From: an uncultured virus (IMG/VR IMGVR_UViG_3300038424_000856)
Taxonomy: Duplodnaviria > Heunggongvirae > Uroviricota > Caudoviricetes
Reading direction: 5' to 3' (one strand)
DNA length: 20,000 nucleotides
Virus record (IMG/VR): IMGVR_UViG_3300038424_000856
Shown here: in pieces, positions 15,510 to 20,000 of the stretch
How the letters are laid out: the number at the start of each line of letters is the position of its first letter
Position numbering within the stretch: position 1 is the stretch's first letter
The notes under the pieces: model-generated
Database searches by the model: none
Told to the model about the DNA's origin: nothing
Seen by the model: only the letters and a program-made list of their open reading frames with translations
Program-made: the position numbers and the translations under genes

Positions 15510-18500
15510 ATGCAATTTCCTAGTCGTGATTTTACCAATCAGTATATTTCTAAATCTTACCAAGATGTAGTCCAACGATATGCTGATACAGGTTCTACCA
15601 CTTATTTTTTAGATGGTCTTGGATATGTTATTGCGGGGATTCCGACATCTTCAATTGGTAATATCATTGTTACTCAAGATCAAACTGCTTCTTATTCTTT
15701 CTTTGCAATAACAGCTTCATACGCTGCTACTTCCTCAGTGACATATGTTACTTCTTCAATAACTTCTTCAGTAACGTCAGCTATATCTGCATCATGGGCA
15801 TCATCTTCGATTAGTGCGAGTTATTTTAGTGGTTCAATCGTATCAGCTTCTTTTATTAGTACTCCAAATATAGATTCAAGTAACAGTTATCTTTATAGCA
15901 GTGGTAAATTTGTAGCAACCATAGAGGGTTCTCATACCGCAGTTTATAGCTTAAATGGTATTAACTGGAACGTTGTTACAATGCCCGGTGATTTTGGTTG
16001 GGATGGTTTAATTTATGGAAATGGTAAATATGTAGCCGTTGCATATTATAATACCAATGGTAGTGCATCAGCTTATAGTTATGACGGTATTCATTGGTCA
16101 TCATCTATCATGCCCGGTGGCTCTTCACTTTATTGGGCTAGTGTAGCTTATGGAAATGGTAAATATGTAGCTGTTGCAGATAATTTTGTTAATACTGCAT
16201 CTTATAGTTCAGATGGAATAAATTGGTCAGCCTCTGTAATGCCTGATTCTCTTGAATGGTATTCTGTGTGTTATGGAAATGATAAATTTGTGGCAGTTAC
16301 GTATGATGGGTCCAATACATCGAGTTATAGTTATGACGGAATTCATTGGACGGCTTCTGTAATGCCGGGAGTTCCACCCATTTATTGGACTAATGTATGT
16401 TATGGAAATGGAAAATTTGTAGTAGTTCCAAACACTTCTAATACAGGAGCTTATAGTTATGACGGAATTCATTGGACGGCTTCTGTAATGCCCGGAATAT
16501 ATTGTTGGAATAGTGTAATTTATGGGAATGGCAAATTTGTGACAGTTGAAGATAGTGGTGATATTGCAGCATATAGTTATGATGGAATTACTTGGTACTC
16601 TACTCCAATGCCTTTGTCTGGTTCTGGACTTTTCTGGATTGGTGTAGCTTATGGAAATGGAAAATTTGTAGCAATTGCAGATACACCAGATACAGCTTAT
16701 AGTTATGATGGTGTCAATTGGACTGCCTCCGTGATGCCTGTTAATTTGTCTGGTTGGTTTAATGTAGTTTATGGAAATAATGATGGTAATAACAATAGTA
16801 ACAATATTTCTATTGATTGGCAAAATCAAATATTATCAGATGGTCTTTGGAAGGGTACAATTTTCAATGCTATATCTTCCTCTTATGCAAATATTTCATC
16901 ATTATCATTAGTTTCTGATGTAGCTTTGATAGCTGATACTGCTTCTTTTGCTGGTTTTACTACTGAACCTGTTATACATCTCTATGCATATCCACAGCCA
17001 ATGTATTGTGTAGATATGAATGGAACTAGCAGTGGTTTCAAAATTTTTTCCGGTAGTGATTGTTCACCAATGATTCAAGCCGCTATTAATGACCCTATTA
17101 ATTTTGCTAATATGGATTTGTTGAGTGGTAGTGTTCCAGTTGGGAGTAAATTAGTATTTGCTCCCGGTACATATAATTGTAATAGCCCCATTTCTTTCTC
17201 TGTTCCAAATATTACTTTGCCAAATAGCACTAGAGGACCGGGTTATCCTGTTAATTACGTCATTGAAGGTGCTGGAAAATTTAATACTCAAATAATTTAT
17301 ACAGGTACAAATGCAATTAGTTCTAGTAATCCTAATACTGCTTCTGCTTTTATCACTATTGGAACTACGGGTCAAAATGATAATGCGTGGGTAAATTTTA
17401 GTGCATATGATATCGGATTCTGGTGTTGGGAACAACAATGTGCAGTTGTTTATGCTATTGGTTTTAATCAATGTGAATTTAATAATTGTGCATTTGGTAA
17501 TTCTTATTCTTTACAAAATGGTCGTGTAGCTGGTTCTTCTATACAATTGGGTGTACCTGCTAATATTCCACCTTCTTTAATTTGTTTGTGGGCGGATGCA
17601 GGTGGAGATAATGCACTTATTGTGGAAAATCATTGTATTTTTTCAGGAGGTGCAATAGGATTATATTTGAATTGTGACCATGCTAGAATTGTTAATAGTG
17701 ATTTTGGTGGATTTGGACAGTATAATACTGGTAGTGGTGGTGATATAGTTGGAACTTCATATTCACCATCAAGCAGTGTATTCAGTTTGGGTTCAGCAAT
17801 ATTGGATGCAGTTCGTCAAGAAATAGTTATTGAGGGATGCCATATGGTTAGTTGCGCAGGAGGTATTTATGCAATTGCAAATCCTCAACGACCATATTAT
17901 CAAGTTCCCTACCATCAATATTCATATAATTATAATGAATTTTGTAGTGGTTTTGATATTGGTATTCAAAATGATTGGTTCTTATCAAGTGTAAAAAAAG
18001 CTCAGTTTAATGCTGAGCAAAATATGTTTTATAATCAAAATTATGGTTCCATATCTTCGGGGTCTGGATATTGGACTGGTAGTAGTATTTTTCCGAGTTA
18101 TCTTTCTTTACAATTTACTCAAGTAACCAATGCTGGAAATGGTCCTTCTGCATCTTTAAATCTTTGGGGTCTTACTAATATACAAAATGGTGTTATAATA
18201 GGTTCTTTGACTGGAACTTCAAGTTGGTCAAACAATTCAACTTCAAGTAGTTATGCTATAACTGCTTCTTGGGCACCAACACCAACAAATGTAACAAGTT
18301 GTAGTTATATATCTTCTTCAACTATAGATTCTGGTAATGGTTTACTTTGTTTAGCCACTAGTCAATCGATGTTTGTATCAGTTACAAATAGTACTTTTAC
18401 ATCTTCATATAGTTATGACGGTATAAATTGGACTGCTTCTATAATGCCCGCTCCGCTTATTTGGTCATATGCTGCATATGGAAACAAAAAATTTGTAGCT

Positions 18501-20000
18501 GTATCAAATAGCAGCTCTACATCTTCATATAGTTATGACGGTATAAATTGGACTGCTTCTGCTATGCCTGCTTCTCTTCAATGGGATGGAATTACTTATG
18601 GAAATGGAACATTCGTAGCAGTTGCGTATAATTCTAATGTAGGAGCTTATAGTTATGATGGAATTAACTGGATATCTTCTTCAATGCCTGCTACTCTTAA
18701 TTGGCAGAGTGTGGCTTACGGAAATGGAGTATTTGTAACAGTCGCTGTAGGTTCTAATACGGGGTCTTATAGTTCTGATGGTATAAATTGGACTGCTTCT
18801 GCTATGCCTGCTTCTCTTAATTGGCAAAATATAACGTATGGAAATGGGAAATTTGTTATAGTTGCATACAATTCTATTTCAGGAGCTTACAGTTATGACG
18901 GTATCAATTGGACATCTTCTACAATGCCTCTTTCACGTCTCTGGGAAAGTGTTACTTATGGTAATGGAACTTATGTAGCTGTTGCAAGAAATTCTCTAAC
19001 TGCCTCTTATAGTTCCGATGGTATTAATTGGACATCTTCCAGAATGCCTGCTTCACTGTTTTGGAGTAGTGTTACCTATGGAAATGGAAAATTTGTAGCT
19101 GTCACAATCAATACTGCAACCTCATCATATAGCTCAGATGGTATCAATTGGACATCTTCTAAATTGCCGGCTTCACTTCAATGGATAAATGTAACGAATG
19201 GATTTGGTAAAACTTTCTATGTTCCATCAATAGATTGGCAAAATAATATGTTAGCAGATGGAATTTGGACTGGTAATATCACCAATGCAAATCTAGCTAC
19301 TTCATCAATTTCAAGTTTATTCGCTTCCCAATCTTTAAGTGCATCGTGGGCATCTTCATCTATTTCGTCAAGTTATGCAATAACTGCTTCTTGGGCTCCG
19401 ATGCCCGATGTAAGTAATTCGTCATCTTGGGCTTCTTCTTCTATTAGTTCAAGTTATGCTATAACTGCTTCTTATGCTCCATTTACAGATAATCCAAATG
19501 CAACATCATCAAGTTGGGCAAGTTCATCTATTAGTTCATCTTGGTCAAATATATCAATTTCCTCAAGTTACGCTCTAAGTGCTTCGTGGGCTCCGGGTGG
19601 TGGTTCATCTGTAAGTGCTTCTTGGGCATCAAGTTCATTGGGAGATGTTCCTGTTGGTTGTGTAGTGGCTTGGTTGCAAAATTTGAGTGGAACACCTGCT
19701 TTACCAAGTAATTTTGTTCAATGTAATGGTCAAACAATTACCGACCCACAAAGTCCTTATAGTGGATCAACAATATCAAACTTAAATGGTTCTGGTGCTC
19801 AAACCCAAAGATTTTTAAGAGGTTCAACAACTTCGGGTGGAACGGGTGGAAGTGATACCAATACACACTATCATAATATAACATTTAATCAGAATGCCGC
19901 AGGGTCAAGTCCTTGCAGTGCAAACGGTTCAACAGATAATACAACCATAAGCATACTTCCATCTTATTATGAAGTTGTCTGGATAATTCGTATAAAATAA
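15510..20000 (+). CDS. large tail fibre/receptor-binding protein: Ser-rich repeats, two 7-repeat Asp-box propeller-like blocks, central pectin-lyase-like beta-helix, C-terminal tail-collar domain
   Basis: 14 YSxxGxxW (mostly YSxDGIxW) repeats; IQAAIND...LVFAPGTYNC...IEGAG beta-helix start; C-terminal VPVGCVVAW...P..FVQCNGQ...FLRG...GGTGG...HYH...ILPSYYEVVWIIRIK collar signature. TAA stop at 19998-20000. Confidence 0.88.
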   Translation: MQFPSRDFTNQYISKSYQDVVQRYADTGSTTYFLDGLGYVIAGIPTSSIGNIIVTQDQTASYSFFAITASYAATSSVTYVTSSITSSVTSAISASWASSSISASYFSGSIVSASFISTPNIDSSNSYLYSSGKFVATIEGSHTAVYSLNGINWNVVTMPGDFGWDGLIYGNGKYVAVAYYNTNGSASAYSYDGIHWSSSIMPGGSSLYWASVAYGNGKYVAVADNFVNTASYSSDGINWSASVMPDSLEWYSVCYGNDKFVAVTYDGSNTSSYSYDGIHWTASVMPGVPPIYWTNVCYGNGKFVVVPNTSNTGAYSYDGIHWTASVMPGIYCWNSVIYGNGKFVTVEDSGDIAAYSYDGITWYSTPMPLSGSGLFWIGVAYGNGKFVAIADTPDTAYSYDGVNWTASVMPVNLSGWFNVVYGNNDGNNNSNNISIDWQNQILSDGLWKGTIFNAISSSYANISSLSLVSDVALIADTASFAGFTTEPVIHLYAYPQPMYCVDMNGTSSGFKIFSGSDCSPMIQAAINDPINFANMDLLSGSVPVGSKLVFAPGTYNCNSPISFSVPNITLPNSTRGPGYPVNYVIEGAGKFNTQIIYTGTNAISSSNPNTASAFITIGTTGQNDNAWVNFSAYDIGFWCWEQQCAVVYAIGFNQCEFNNCAFGNSYSLQNGRVAGSSIQLGVPANIPPSLICLWADAGGDNALIVENHCIFSGGAIGLYLNCDHARIVNSDFGGFGQYNTGSGGDIVGTSYSPSSSVFSLGSAILDAVRQEIVIEGCHMVSCAGGIYAIANPQRPYYQVPYHQYSYNYNEFCSGFDIGIQNDWFLSSVKKAQFNAEQNMFYNQNYGSISSGSGYWTGSSIFPSYLSLQFTQVTNAGNGPSASLNLWGLTNIQNGVIIGSLTGTSSWSNNSTSSSYAITASWAPTPTNVTSCSYISSSTIDSGNGLLCLATSQSMFVSVTNSTFTSSYSYDGINWTASIMPAPLIWSYAAYGNKKFVAVSNSSSTSSYSYDGINWTASAMPASLQWDGITYGNGTFVAVAYNSNVGAYSYDGINWISSSMPATLNWQSVAYGNGVFVTVAVGSNTGSYSSDGINWTASAMPASLNWQNITYGNGKFVIVAYNSISGAYSYDGINWTSSTMPLSRLWESVTYGNGTYVAVARNSLTASYSSDGINWTSSRMPASLFWSSVTYGNGKFVAVTINTATSSYSSDGINWTSSKLPASLQWINVTNGFGKTFYVPSIDWQNNMLADGIWTGNITNANLATSSISSLFASQSLSASWASSSISSSYAITASWAPMPDVSNSSSWASSSISSSYAITASYAPFTDNPNATSSSWASSSISSSWSNISISSSYALSASWAPGGGSSVSASWASSSLGDVPVGCVVAWLQNLSGTPALPSNFVQCNGQTITDPQSPYSGSTISNLNGSGAQTQRFLRGSTTSGGTGGSDTNTHYHNITFNQNAAGSSPCSANGSTDNTTISILPSYYEVVWIIRIK
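15900..16780 (+). repeat. block 1 of seven ~40-44-aa Asp-box (BNR-like) repeats
   Basis: W..V.YGNGKFVAV....AYSYDGI.W..S.MP units; identical 42-nt stretch at 16325-16366 and 16451-16492. Confidence 0.9.
18370..19205 (+). repeat. block 2 of seven 40-aa Asp-box repeats with exact 120-nt period
   Basis: The GINW codons recur at 18420, 18540, 18660, 18780, 18900, 19020 and 19140; identical 43 nt at 18398-18440 and 18518-18560. Confidence 0.92.
19300..19640 (+). repeat. Ser-rich S[AS]SWASSSISSSYAITASWAP peptide repeats
   Basis: Multiple degenerate copies; also near 15700-15850, 18220-18275 and in ORF 11846. Confidence 0.85.

Noticed and set aside
16227..17471. Minus-strand ORFs of 200 and 106 aa within the fibre gene
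   Set aside because: Antisense shadows of repetitive coding sequence with no expression signals.
18370..19205. Regularly spaced DNA repeats resembling a CRISPR array
   Set aside because: The 120-nt period is in frame, degenerate at third positions and encodes protein repeats; no unique spacers or cas genes.
15900..19205. Diversity-generating retroelement TR/VR pair
   Set aside because: All repeats lie within one CDS, differences are not adenine-specific, and no reverse transcriptase is in the window.
1..20000. Stop-codon reassignment (no called gene ends in TAG)
   Set aside because: All genes are intact and tile the window under code 11 with no in-frame TAG/TGA interruptions; TAA bias is expected at this AT content.

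Overview
AT-rich segment of a large T4-superfamily-like (probably jumbo) tailed phage genome, standard genetic code, near-complete coding density. 1-4604 (+): early/accessory cluster with sigma70-like promoters encoding a 5'-truncated NADAR protein, a DUF5662-like HD protein, an RlaP/PF10127-like nucleotidyltransferase and small hypotheticals. 4612-7079 (-): four probable late/virion genes. 7307-20000 (+): head and virion module with an acidic scaffold-like protein, a gp23-like major capsid protein carrying a large S/T/G-rich insert, an FkbM methyltransferase, several hypotheticals (one with a SWIM finger) and a 1496-aa multidomain tail fibre/adhesin. Most notable: (i) an A9 slippery run that would fuse two minus-strand ORFs by a -1 shift; (ii) a recurring TATTTATA motif just upstream of late start codons; (iii) a duplicated terminator bracketing a 1.6-kb cassette after the capsid gene; (iv) a shared 'KLxxLLxE' N-terminal motif suggesting capsid targeting/processing; (v) strong [ST]-[GA]-S enrichment in virion proteins beside a methyltransferase. 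Family calls come from motif recognition only; no database search was run.
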